A DNA stretch of 64,000 nt from an uncultured Gammaproteobacteria bacterium (lineage in GTDB: Bacteria; Patescibacteriota; Patescibacteriia; Magasanikbacterales; GWA2-37-8). The translations under genes were made by a program, and so were the position numbers. Shown here piece by piece: positions 27,867 through 37,358 of this stretch; the stretch's first letter is position 1, and each line of letters begins with the position of its first letter. The notes under the pieces were generated by a model. That model saw only the letters and a list, made by a program, of their open reading frames with translations. It was not told where the DNA came from and made no database searches. The stretch lies in NCBI GenBank assembly GCA_964355175.1, contig CAYHBZ010000001.1, positions 368,523 to 432,522 on the forward strand, given 5' to 3'.

Positions 27867-29435
27867 TTACGGACTAAGAGTAGAGCCGGTTTTTACATAT
27901 TGAGCACTGACCCACCCAAATTGATCCGGGCCTAAAATTATTTGATACCAACCGTCTTGTCGCTGTAAAAATTTAAATTGTTCGCCTACCAGTGCTTTGC
28001 GTATAAGCTCAGATTTAGAGGAAGAAGCCATGCGAATATTTACATATCCCAAAGAAGTGGAAGCCACCTCAAGCATATCCGGACCAAGCAAACTAACTTC
28101 GGGTGGAGGTAACATCGGAGAAGGGACGGTGGAACTGGTCGATACTGATGTACTGGAAACTGTGCTAGTAGGAGCTCCTTTAGGTCCAATAATTATTACT
28201 GAGCTGGTAGACATGGTGCTAGTGCTAATAATGGCACCAGCAACTACCGGAGACACAGCGCTAACCGGAGCAGACTGGGAAGAAGAACCGGACTGGCTAG
28301 GACCCTCATCATTTTTATTACTCAAACCACCCACCAAGCTATATATTGGCAAAATTACTGCCAAGGCTACTGCCACCACACCAAGCCAAACTATCACGAG
28401 CAACAAAGGCTCCAAAATGACGCTGAGATTTTTGGTTGTTAATTCGGTTTTAGCTTCAAAAGTTTCGCTAATATTTATAAATATTTTGGAAAGCGCACCC
28501 GATCTCTCGCCCGCCCCGATTAAACTCTGAATCGGAGTAGGGATATATTTTTTTATTTTTTTGTTGGAAGCAAAACTTTGTTCAAAAGACTTTCCCTCTT
28601 CTATCTGATCGTGCAAATAATTATAAATTTTCCCGTAAGACCTCAAGGTGCTGGAATCTTTTAGGGATGACAGAGCTTGCAACACGGGCAAACCAGAATT
28701 TAGCAATGTGCCCATGATATATCCAAATCTGGCCAACTCCGCTTCGCGGATTAAATTTTTGATACCGGGAATTAAAAACAGTAGCCACTGACCGATGAAT
28801 TTGGTTTTGGAAAAAACAAATAAAAAATATAGTATTAAACACAAACCAACCAAAAAAGACGGTACAACTATTGCTCCATATTCAGACAAAAAGGCACCAA
28901 AGCTCATCAACAGCCTGGTGACCAAAGGTAATTTGAGATTCAGCTGACCAAAAACACTGGCCAGGCGCGGCAAAATAAACCAAGCAATACCAATACCCAC
29001 CACCATCGCTATGGCCATCACAAATACCGGATACATCATGGCGGCGCGAATTTTGGATTGAAATGATCGGCTCTTGGATTGTTGCGTCACCACGACAGCC
29101 AAACTCTCATGCAATCTACCACTGTCTTCACCGATCTTAACTAGTGCAATAATATGGGCCGGTAAAATTTCAGTTTTACCAAGCGCGATAGACAGGCTAA
29201 AACCAGCACTGATATCTTCTACCAAATTATCAATGATATTTAGTAACTTGGTAGATTTTACTTCGGTTTTTATCGCTTGCAAGGACTCAATAATATCCAT
29301 GCCGGAAGCCAAAAGCATGGCCAAATTTTCAATAAAATATTCTTTTTCTTCATTAAAACCAAAACTAAAAGCCAGAATTGATGGTTTTTTAGGTTTCTCA
29401 TCTTTTTGATTGTCTATTTTTTTATCCTCGCTCAT
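27867..29435 (-). CDS. pilC: type IV pilus platform protein PilC/GspF with a C-terminal Ser/Thr linker and SH3 domain
   Basis: Two T2SSF repeats (GEDSGRL, AMMYP, GERSGAL, LEP). The tail YVNIR...GWYQI...GWVSAQYV matches a bacterial SH3 domain. Confidence 0.92.
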   Translation of the reverse strand: MSEDKKIDNQKDEKPKKPSILAFSFGFNEEKEYFIENLAMLLASGMDIIESLQAIKTEVKSTKLLNIIDNLVEDISAGFSLSIALGKTEILPAHIIALVKIGEDSGRLHESLAVVVTQQSKSRSFQSKIRAAMMYPVFVMAIAMVVGIGIAWFILPRLASVFGQLNLKLPLVTRLLMSFGAFLSEYGAIVVPSFLVGLCLILYFLFVFSKTKFIGQWLLFLIPGIKNLIREAELARFGYIMGTLLNSGLPVLQALSSLKDSSTLRSYGKIYNYLHDQIEEGKSFEQSFASNKKIKKYIPTPIQSLIGAGERSGALSKIFINISETFEAKTELTTKNLSVILEPLLLVIVWLGVVAVALAVILPIYSLVGGLSNKNDEGPSQSGSSSQSAPVSAVSPVVAGAIISTSTMSTSSVIIIGPKGAPTSTVSSTSVSTSSTVPSPMLPPPEVSLLGPDMLEVASTSLGYVNIRMASSSKSELIRKALVGEQFKFLQRQDGWYQIILGPDQFGWVSAQYVKTGSTLSP

Positions 29436-29445
29436 GGGTAAAAAA

Positions 29446-31098
29446 TTAAAATTTTGGCGCCTCCGCTACACGCAATAATTCTTCCAGAGTAGTAACACCA
29501 CTTTTTACTTTATCAATACCATCTTCAAATAAAGTGACTGAACCTTGCGCGCGGGCCACTTTCCAAATCTGGGCGGTGGAAGGATTTTTCAAAATAAGTT
29601 CCTCTAGCTCGGGAGTGACTTCAATAAATTCATAAATAGCAGTACGCCCCTTAAAACCGGTATGACCACAGCTGTCACATCCTTTTCCTTGATAGAGCAC
29701 GATATGTTTTCCGGTAAAATATTTAGAAGCATCTTCGGAAATATTTTTCTTGATTTCTTCCTTGGATGAGTTCACGCTATAGCGACATTTATCACAAATC
29801 TTGCGCACCAAACGCTGAGCAATAAGTACCTCAAGAGTAGAGGCCAATAAAAATGGCTCAATACCCATATCCAACAAACGCGGCACCGCCGTAGCGGCAT
29901 CATTGGCGTGAAAGGTAGACAATAATAAATGTCCGGTCAAAGCCGCGTTCACCGCAGTCTCGGCCGTTTCCTGATCACGAATTTCACCTACCAAAATAAT
30001 ATCCGGATCCTGACGCACAATCGAGCGCAAACCTTTGGCAAAAGTAAGATTTGTCTGGGCATTTACCTGGATCTGATTGATGCCCGGCATTTTATATTCT
30101 ACCGGATCTTCAATGGTGGTAATATTTACATCCGGACTATTTAATAATTTTAGCAAAGCGTAGAGCGAAGTAGTTTTACCGGAACCGGTCGGACCGGTCA
30201 CCAGAATCATACCAAACGGTTTGTTGGAAGCGGTGAGCAATAATTTTTGATCATGTTCAGACAAACCCAAATCAGCAAAAGAAAAACTGCGTACATATTG
30301 AGACAACAAACGAATTACCACCTTTTCACCATTTAAGGTAGGCAAAATGGAAATACGCATATCAAGCGAATTATCCCCTTTTACCTGACGAATAGCGCCG
30401 TCTTGCGCGGAAAAATGCTCATCAATAGGCAACATAGCCTGCACTTTAATACGATTCAAAATATTTCCATAGTATTCTTTTGGAATACGACCAGCTTCTT
30501 GCATTACACCATCAATACGAAAACGGACAATTACTTCTTTGTCCTGAGGCTCAATATGAATATCGGACGCGCGATAAGCCGAAGCATCGTCTACAATCTG
30601 CTCAATAATCTCCGGCGCGATGCGTTTTTGTTGTTTGATAATATCGCCAAAACGAGTGGCTAGAGTTTTGAGATAATGAATAAAGGTCGCTTCAACATCT
30701 TCGGCAAAAGCAAAGGCCAAAGATATTTTTTTACCTTTAAAAATTGTTTTTAATTTTTTGGTTAATTCAGGATTGGTGGGATTATCGGTCGCGATAATTA
30801 AGTCATCGCCATTTTGTTGAAATACTACGGCTGTAAATTCTTTGGCCGTGTCTTCCGGTAATAACTTCACCTGCTCAGCCGAAGGCTGATTGGTAGTCAG
30901 ATTGGCGTAGCTTATTTTATCGGATTCAGCAATGGCTTGACCCAACAAATCTTTATTGATAATTTCCTGCGACAATAAATAATCCAAAAATTTACCTTCC
31001 TCCCCTTTGGTGGCGGCCTCCGCTTTTTTGACATCCTCATCGGTTATATAATTACCATCCAGCAAAACTTGTTTTATTTTTTTGTCTTCAATTTTCAT
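29446..31098 (-). CDS. pilB: type IV pilus assembly ATPase PilB/GspE
   Basis: ASDIHIEP, GPTGSGKTT, TIEDPVE, RQDPDIILVGEIRD, AALTGH and two CxxC motifs. Confidence 0.96.
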   Translation of the reverse strand: MKIEDKKIKQVLLDGNYITDEDVKKAEAATKGEEGKFLDYLLSQEIINKDLLGQAIAESDKISYANLTTNQPSAEQVKLLPEDTAKEFTAVVFQQNGDDLIIATDNPTNPELTKKLKTIFKGKKISLAFAFAEDVEATFIHYLKTLATRFGDIIKQQKRIAPEIIEQIVDDASAYRASDIHIEPQDKEVIVRFRIDGVMQEAGRIPKEYYGNILNRIKVQAMLPIDEHFSAQDGAIRQVKGDNSLDMRISILPTLNGEKVVIRLLSQYVRSFSFADLGLSEHDQKLLLTASNKPFGMILVTGPTGSGKTTSLYALLKLLNSPDVNITTIEDPVEYKMPGINQIQVNAQTNLTFAKGLRSIVRQDPDIILVGEIRDQETAETAVNAALTGHLLLSTFHANDAATAVPRLLDMGIEPFLLASTLEVLIAQRLVRKICDKCRYSVNSSKEEIKKNISEDASKYFTGKHIVLYQGKGCDSCGHTGFKGRTAIYEFIEVTPELEELILKNPSTAQIWKVARAQGSVTLFEDGIDKVKSGVTTLEELLRVAEAPKF

Positions 31099-31104
31099 AC
31101 TTAC

Positions 31105-31488
31105 TTAATCGGCTATCAAAGTAGCCACGACATAATCCACTATTTTATTTATAGATGTGTCGGATTTTACAAAATACCATTTGGCTCCAAGCAACTTCGC
31201 TTTCTGAGCATCGTCGTCTTGGCCCAAATTGGACGCGATAATTACCGGTGTATTATCTTTTTTTTCTTTTAAAGATTTCAAAACTTCAAAGCCATCCATC
31301 TTTGGCATCATCAAATCAAGTAAAATCAGATCAAATTTTTCTTTTTTAATCGCTTCCCACGCGGCCAGACCATCGTTTACTACTTTGGTTTCAAATCCGC
31401 TGTGATTTAATTTGAGCTCCAGCGCTCTGGCCATTGGTTTTTCGTCTTCGGCAATTAAAATTTTCTTTAATTTCTTTTCAGCTACCAT
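31105..31488 (-). CDS. single-domain response regulator
   Basis: KILIAEDE...DLILLDLMMPKMDG. Confidence 0.94.
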   Translation of the reverse strand: MVAEKKLKKILIAEDEKPMARALELKLNHSGFETKVVNDGLAAWEAIKKEKFDLILLDLMMPKMDGFEVLKSLKEKKDNTPVIIASNLGQDDDAQKAKLLGAKWYFVKSDTSINKIVDYVVATLIAD

Positions 31489-31510
31489 AATAGTTATTTT
31501 GATTGCTTAT

Positions 31511-31539
31511 ATTATAGCATATTTTGGATTTTTTAACAA
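31511..31539 (-). promoter_or_regulatory. putative promoter of the pilus operon
   Basis: TTGTTA-17-TATAAT with a TG extension. Confidence 0.6.
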
Positions 31540-31551
31540 AATGGTCAAAAT

Positions 31552-31579
31552 AAAATCCCCCAAATTGGGGGATTTTTTT
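31552..31579 (-). terminator. leuS terminator
   Basis: AAAATCCCCCAA-A-TTGGGGGATTTT inverted repeat at the leuS stop. Confidence 0.7.
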
Positions 31580-33992
31580 AGAGAACGATACTTAGTAATT
31601 TGCCTTTAATATAAATTACTTTTTTCGGTTCTTTACCTTCTAGCCATTTTTGGATTTTCTCACTAGCCAGCACAGCCACTTTCGCGTCTTCTTCGCTAAT
31701 ATCCGCGCTGACCACCAATGTATCACGCAATTTACCATTTACCTGCACGGCCAAGGTGATTTCTTCGTCCTTGGCGAGCTCGGCATCATATTTAGGCCAA
31801 ACGGATTCAAAGATACTTTCTTTATTGCCAACTTCATTCCATATTTCCTCAGTCATGTGCGGTGCAAATGGAGATAATAATTTTAATAATACACAAAAAT
31901 CTTCTTTGCTAATACTTTCGGCTTTGCCCATTTCATTGGACAATTGCATCATGCAAGAAATAGCGGTATTGAAACGCATCTCTTCAATATCCTCAGAAAC
32001 TTTTTTAATAGTTTGATGAAGTTGAGCAATTAATTTTTTGTCCCTGATTGCGGCATCGGAAACTTTTTCATTGAGCGCCCATACTCTTTCCAAAAATCTG
32101 CGTACACCCACCACACCTTTGGTGCTCCAGGCACAAGGTTGATCAAATGGACCCATGAACATTTCATATAGACGCATAGCATCAGCACCATATTCGGCCA
32201 CTACTTCATCCGGATTAATTACATTATTCCAGCGCTTACTCATCTTGCGACCGTCTTCAGCCAAAATCAAACCAACATTTTGTAGGCGAGTAAACGGCTC
32301 TTCGTTGGCGACTGCACCAATATCAAATAAAAATTTATGCCAAAAACGAGCGTAGATCAAATGGCGGGTCGCGTGTTCAGCGCCGCCAACATAGAGATCG
32401 ATCGGATTCCAATAACTTATTTTCTTTTTATCCCAATCATAATTTCCATCGGCATCTTTTGGCATTGTGTATGCCAAATAATACCAACAGCTTCCCGCCC
32501 ACTGCGGCATGGTGTTGGTTTCACGTTTGGCTGGACCACCACAGGTAGGACAAGTAGTATTTACCCAATCGGTAATAGTGGCCAGAGGAGATTCTCCCGT
32601 GCCACTTGGTTCGTAATTTTTTACTTTTGGTAATTCAAGCGGGAGCTGGTCTTCCGGTACTGCTACCCAACCATCTTTTTCACAATGAATCAAAGGCATT
32701 GGCTCACCCCAATAACGCTGACGAGAAAATACCCAGTCGCGCAATTTATATTGTACTTTTTTCTCACCCAAACCTTTTTCTTGCAAGCACTCAATCATTT
32801 TTGATTTGGCTTCTTTGGTTGGCAAGTTATTTATAAAATCAGAATTAATAGCAACACCGTCATCGGTAAATGGTTTTTCATTTACATCTCCATCGCATAA
32901 TACTACAGGCAAAATCGGCAATTTATATTTCTTCGCAAATTCCCAATCACGCTCATCGTGACCTGGCACAGCCATAATAGCGCCAGTACCATATCCATAT
33001 AAAACATAGTCGGCCACAAAAACTGGCAGCTCAGATCCGTTCAAAGGATTAATGGCTTTGACACCTTTTAACTCCACGCCATTTTTTTCTTTTTGTAATT
33101 CAGTACGCTCTAGATCACTTTTACTCTTGGCTTGATCCAAATATTCTTTCACTTCTTTTTTATTGGAAATTTTTTCCAAATTTTGCGCGACCAGTGGATG
33201 CTCTGGAGCCACCACCATATAGGTAGCGCCAAATAAAGTATCCGGACGAGTAGTAAAGATTTTTAAAATTTCCTCGCTGTCTTTTATTTTAAAATCTACC
33301 AATGCGCCTTCACTTCTTCCAATCCAATCGCTTTGCATTTTTTTGATATGCTCTGGCCAGAACGGTAACTTTTCCAAACCATCCAACAATTTTTCAGCGT
33401 AATCAGTAATTTTCAAAACCCACTGACGCATTGGCTTGCGCTCAATCTCGCTGCCACAGCGTTCACATTTTCCATCATCCAAATCTTCATTAGCCAAACC
33501 GGTCTGACAAGACGGACACCAATTTATTGGCGCGAAAGATTCATAGGCCAAACCTTTTTTAAATAACTGCAAAAAAATCCACTGCGTCCATTTGTAATAT
33601 TTTGGATCTGTCGTATTCACTTCCCTATCCCAATCATAGGTGAAACCAAGCAGGCCTAATTGTTTTTTAAAAGTGGCTACATTTTCCGCGGTGGCTTCGG
33701 CCGGATGGACTTTATTTTTTATCGCGTAATTTTCAGCCGGCAAACCAAAAGCATCCCAACCCATTGGGTGGAGAACATTGAAACCCCGCATCATTTTCAT
33801 GCGGCCAACGATATCGGTGGCAATATATCCCTTAGGATGACCGACGTGTAAGCCGGCGCCAGACGGATACGGAAACATATCCAAAACATAATATTTTGGC
33901 TTTCCAGCCTCTTCTTTGGTTTTATAAATTCCACTTTTTTCCCAGTTCTTCTTCCACTTTTTCTCTATATCTTTATGATTATATTGGTGCAT
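31578..33992 (-). CDS. leuS: leucine--tRNA ligase
   Basis: MFPYPSGAGLHVGH, GTGAIMAVPGHDERD and KMSKR. Confidence 0.99.
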   Translation of the reverse strand: MHQYNHKDIEKKWKKNWEKSGIYKTKEEAGKPKYYVLDMFPYPSGAGLHVGHPKGYIATDIVGRMKMMRGFNVLHPMGWDAFGLPAENYAIKNKVHPAEATAENVATFKKQLGLLGFTYDWDREVNTTDPKYYKWTQWIFLQLFKKGLAYESFAPINWCPSCQTGLANEDLDDGKCERCGSEIERKPMRQWVLKITDYAEKLLDGLEKLPFWPEHIKKMQSDWIGRSEGALVDFKIKDSEEILKIFTTRPDTLFGATYMVVAPEHPLVAQNLEKISNKKEVKEYLDQAKSKSDLERTELQKEKNGVELKGVKAINPLNGSELPVFVADYVLYGYGTGAIMAVPGHDERDWEFAKKYKLPILPVVLCDGDVNEKPFTDDGVAINSDFINNLPTKEAKSKMIECLQEKGLGEKKVQYKLRDWVFSRQRYWGEPMPLIHCEKDGWVAVPEDQLPLELPKVKNYEPSGTGESPLATITDWVNTTCPTCGGPAKRETNTMPQWAGSCWYYLAYTMPKDADGNYDWDKKKISYWNPIDLYVGGAEHATRHLIYARFWHKFLFDIGAVANEEPFTRLQNVGLILAEDGRKMSKRWNNVINPDEVVAEYGADAMRLYEMFMGPFDQPCAWSTKGVVGVRRFLERVWALNEKVSDAAIRDKKLIAQLHQTIKKVSEDIEEMRFNTAISCMMQLSNEMGKAESISKEDFCVLLKLLSPFAPHMTEEIWNEVGNKESIFESVWPKYDAELAKDEEITLAVQVNGKLRDTLVVSADISEEDAKVAVLASEKIQKWLEGKEPKKVIYIKGKLLSIVL

Positions 33993-34051
33993 AAATTATT
34001 CAAAAATATACAGATAATTTACAGTAAAAGCTCAAAAAATGCAAGATAAAT

Positions 34052-34080
34052 AAAACACCACGGGTTTACGCCCGTGGTGT
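34052..34080 (-). terminator. intrinsic terminator
   Basis: Minus strand ACACCACGGGC-GTAA-ACCCGTGGTGTTTT. Confidence 0.7.
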
Positions 34081-34094
34081 CAGAACAGTTGTGG

Positions 34095-35015
34095 TTATTT
34101 ATTATCTAGATCAACTGACCAAGATTTATAACACCAATCTTGACCGTCTAAAGGCTCAAATTTTGCGGAAAAATCCGTACCGGCCGTACGGCAAAGCTGG
34201 CCGACAGCACCATCAAAATTCTTTAATGGAGGGGTTTCCGGTATGTGCTTTTTAACAAGCAGCGCCTCTTTTTCTGTTTTAAATCCTAAAAAATAAACAA
34301 CTTCTCCATACTTAACAAGAAATTTCGCACCAAGACCATCTTTACCGGTTGATCTAACAACCTGTTGGGTTGCGTCGTAATCATATACATCATCAAAACC
34401 ATCGACTTTTTTAAGTCCAACTTTATACATTGCCACAAATGTATTTGGCAAAGCCTTTTCCGAATCAACATCAGCGTCAACGACTTCTACAGGCATAAGC
34501 ACGTCTGTTGATTTATATAACTCAACCGACCAAGATTTATGACACCAATTTTGACCATCTAGGGGCTGAAACTTCGCAGAAAAATCAGTACCGGCAGTAT
34601 TACAAAGCTTTCCCTTTATCCCGTCAATTTTAGAAAAATTTTTAAGCGGCGGAGTTTCAGGTGTAAACTTCTTAACAAGTAACGCCTCTTTTTTTGTTTT
34701 AAAACCTAAAAAGTAAACGACTTCATCTGGCTTAACGACAAATATAGCCGAGTTACCTTTGCTACCCGTTGACTTTATTGTTTGTTGAATTGCTTCATAG
34801 TCATATACATTATCATAACCAGCAACTGGTTTAAGTTTTACCTTATACATTGCCACAAATGTATTTTTTAGAACCTTGGCTGGTTCAACATTTGCGTCAA
34901 CCACCTTAACAGGAAAATTCACATTAGTGCCTTTGGCTGCCAAAACAGAATCTGGAGAAAATAGCGCCATCGCCATCATTGCTATTAGCGAAAAAACCAA
35001 TCTTGGTAATCTCAT
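34095..35015 (-). CDS. secreted protein made of two tandem ~135-aa homologous domains
   Basis: Signal peptide. NTFVAMYKV...VVYFLGFKT...PETPPLKNF...LCxTAGTDFSAKF.PLDGQ.WC.KSWSV occurs twice. Confidence 0.85.
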   Translation of the reverse strand: MRLPRLVFSLIAMMAMALFSPDSVLAAKGTNVNFPVKVVDANVEPAKVLKNTFVAMYKVKLKPVAGYDNVYDYEAIQQTIKSTGSKGNSAIFVVKPDEVVYFLGFKTKKEALLVKKFTPETPPLKNFSKIDGIKGKLCNTAGTDFSAKFQPLDGQNWCHKSWSVELYKSTDVLMPVEVVDADVDSEKALPNTFVAMYKVGLKKVDGFDDVYDYDATQQVVRSTGKDGLGAKFLVKYGEVVYFLGFKTEKEALLVKKHIPETPPLKNFDGAVGQLCRTAGTDFSAKFEPLDGQDWCYKSWSVDLDNK

Positions 35016-35083
35016 AAAAATAATTAATTAAAAACTTAATGTCTAAATTATAGCATTATCCCTAAAATACAACAAGTAAAGTC

Positions 35084-35953
35084 TTATTTCTGACACTTCA
35101 GACAATAGTGCGTCCCCCGCCCCGCATGCTTTATCTTCAAAATCACATTTTTACACTGCTTACACTTTTCACCATTGCGCCCGTAGACTTTGAGAAAGTT
35201 TATGTGGCTACCGGTACGCCCATCGCTATCTACATAGTTATTAAAAGTAGTGCCACGGTTTTCTATGGAAACTTTTAAAACTTGAGCCACCATCTCAAAA
35301 AGTTTCTTGAGTTCAATCTTAGAGACTTCCGAAGCTTTTCTCATCGGCAAAATTTTTGCTTCAAAACAGGCTTCGTCGGCATAGATATTGCCAATGCCGG
35401 AAATTAATTTCTGATTGAGTAAAATCGCTTTGACATTAGTTTGACGCTTTTGAAATAATTTGACGAAATCTTCAAAAATATAATCCTGTGTGAGAGGTTC
35501 GATACCAAAATTATTTTTTACAATCTTTTCTTTTTCTTCTGTAGAAACCAATTTTATATATCCAAAGCGACGTAAATCATTAAAAAACAGCTGCCCACCG
35601 TCGTTAAAGGTAAATACCACGCGAGTAAATTTGTTGGGAACGTTAGTATCCATCGCTGTCTGACTATGCCCACCGACCAAAATCTGTTTTTTATTGCGAT
35701 AAATCAGTTGGCCAGTCATTTTCAAATGCACCAACATATAGCCATATTTACCCGCCTTATCCAACGCAAACATGAGCAACTTCCCTCGGCGCTCAATATG
35801 GTTAAAATTATTACCCTGTAGAACTTTCAAAAATTCAGTCGTTTTATTATGAACACTTTTGCCTGCCAAAATATCAATACTCTTTATTTTTTTGGCGGCA
35901 ATTTTTTTCTCCAGATCACGACGAATAGTTTCTACTTCGGGTAACTCCGGCAT
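35084..35953 (-). CDS. mutM: formamidopyrimidine-DNA glycosylase
   Basis: Starts MPELPEVE at 35953; RRGK, HLKMTG, GIGNIYADE and a C-terminal zinc finger. Confidence 0.98.
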   Translation of the reverse strand: MPELPEVETIRRDLEKKIAAKKIKSIDILAGKSVHNKTTEFLKVLQGNNFNHIERRGKLLMFALDKAGKYGYMLVHLKMTGQLIYRNKKQILVGGHSQTAMDTNVPNKFTRVVFTFNDGGQLFFNDLRRFGYIKLVSTEEKEKIVKNNFGIEPLTQDYIFEDFVKLFQKRQTNVKAILLNQKLISGIGNIYADEACFEAKILPMRKASEVSKIELKKLFEMVAQVLKVSIENRGTTFNNYVDSDGRTGSHINFLKVYGRNGEKCKQCKNVILKIKHAGRGTHYCLKCQK

Positions 35954-35954
35954 A

Positions 35955-37181
35955 TTAAATTTTAATCTTGCTTGCCACTCTCTCAACTGCCTTCACAAAG
36001 GCGGCCGTGCGCATTGGCACATTATATTTTTCTTTTGTTTCCCACACTTCATTGAAAGCATCCACCATAATTGGTTTTAATTTCGCCAATACTTCGTCTT
36101 CACTCCATTTGAGATTTTTTACATTTTGTTCCCATTCAAAACAGCTCACGGTCACACCGCCAGCATTAGCCAACACATCCGGCACTACTATCACACCTTG
36201 CTTACTCAACATTTCATCAGCTTCCGGAGTAGTTGGACCGTTGGCCATTTCTACAATTGCTTTAGCTTTAATATTGGCGGCATTGTCCGCAGTGATTTGG
36301 TTTTCCATCGCGGATGGCACCAAAATATCTACTGGCAATTCTAGCAATTCCGCGTTGGATACTTTTTGTACTCCGTCAATTCCGGTGAGGGTTCCGGTTT
36401 TTTCTTTATGAGCAAAAATTGTATCCAGGTCCAAACCATCTGGATTATATACACCACCTTTACTGTCACTGAGAGCTACAATTTTAAATCCATCTTTGGC
36501 CAAAAGCTTGGCCATAAATCCACCAACATTGCCCATTCCCTGGATAGCCACTTTGGTATCAGCGGCGCGCCAGTTCATTTTACTCATTAATTCACGAGTA
36601 ACATAGACACCACCTTGGGCAGTAGCTTGTTCACGGCCTTCACTACCACCGTCGGCAATGGCCTTGCCGGTGATCACACCTGGATCACTGTGACCAACGA
36701 GTTTTTCGTATTCATCACGCATCCAGCCCATTATTTGAGGAGTCGTGTACATATCCGGTGCTGGAACATCCTTATCCGAACCAATCTCACGCCAAATTTT
36801 GCGAATATATTCACGCGACATTCTTTCGAGCTCGCCTTCAGACAATTTTTTGGAATCTACAATAATACCGCCTTTACCACCACCCATCGGAATATTTACA
36901 GTGGCACATTTTACCATCATCCAAAATGACAAAGCTTTTACTTCATCTATGGAAACATTTTCATGATAACGAATACCACCTTTGTATGGACCAAGAGCAT
37001 CATTATATTGACTGCGGAAACCGGTGAACACCTTTACTTCGCCATTGTCCATTCTTACCGGGACCGACACGGTCAGCACACGATCTGGTTGTTTTAATAT
37101 GTTATGGATATTTTTATCCAAATTCATTATATTGGCGGCCTTTTCCAATTGTTTGAGCGCATTCTCAAAAGGATTTTGCAT
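35955..37181 (-). CDS. gdhA: Glu/Leu/Phe/Val (glutamate) dehydrogenase
   Basis: GPYKGGIRY, GGGKGG, DVPAPD, GMGNVG and PDVLANAGGV. Confidence 0.93.
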   Translation of the reverse strand: MQNPFENALKQLEKAANIMNLDKNIHNILKQPDRVLTVSVPVRMDNGEVKVFTGFRSQYNDALGPYKGGIRYHENVSIDEVKALSFWMMVKCATVNIPMGGGKGGIIVDSKKLSEGELERMSREYIRKIWREIGSDKDVPAPDMYTTPQIMGWMRDEYEKLVGHSDPGVITGKAIADGGSEGREQATAQGGVYVTRELMSKMNWRAADTKVAIQGMGNVGGFMAKLLAKDGFKIVALSDSKGGVYNPDGLDLDTIFAHKEKTGTLTGIDGVQKVSNAELLELPVDILVPSAMENQITADNAANIKAKAIVEMANGPTTPEADEMLSKQGVIVVPDVLANAGGVTVSCFEWEQNVKNLKWSEDEVLAKLKPIMVDAFNEVWETKEKYNVPMRTAAFVKAVERVASKIKI

Positions 37182-37230
37182 ATCTTATATATTAAAATTA
37201 TTGGATTAATAATACACCTATATATAAATA

Positions 37231-37259
37231 TTGACAAATCCCCTTATTCCAGGTATTAT
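37231..37259 (+). promoter_or_regulatory. sigma70 promoter of the helD-like gene
   Basis: TTGACA-17-TATTAT. Confidence 0.75.
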
Positions 37260-37271
37260 ATTAATATCATT

Positions 37272-37347
37272 ATGGTATACTATTTAAAACAATTTAGTAA
37301 CCTAACAATTTATAATTGCCCAAAAACTGCTTAAAAGCGGTTTTTTT
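37272..37347 (+). promoter_or_regulatory. putative leader peptide (20 aa) with overlapping terminator
   Basis: ATG 37272 to TAA 37334 encodes MVYYLKQFSNLTIYNCPKTA. The stop lies in the loop of AAAAACTGCT-TAAA-AGCGGTTTTTTT. Confidence 0.5.
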
Positions 37348-37358
37348 AATTAAAACAT

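Noticed and set aside
35954-35986. N-terminal extension of mutM
   Set aside because: Fpg requires an N-terminal Pro (MPELPEV), so the start is 35953.
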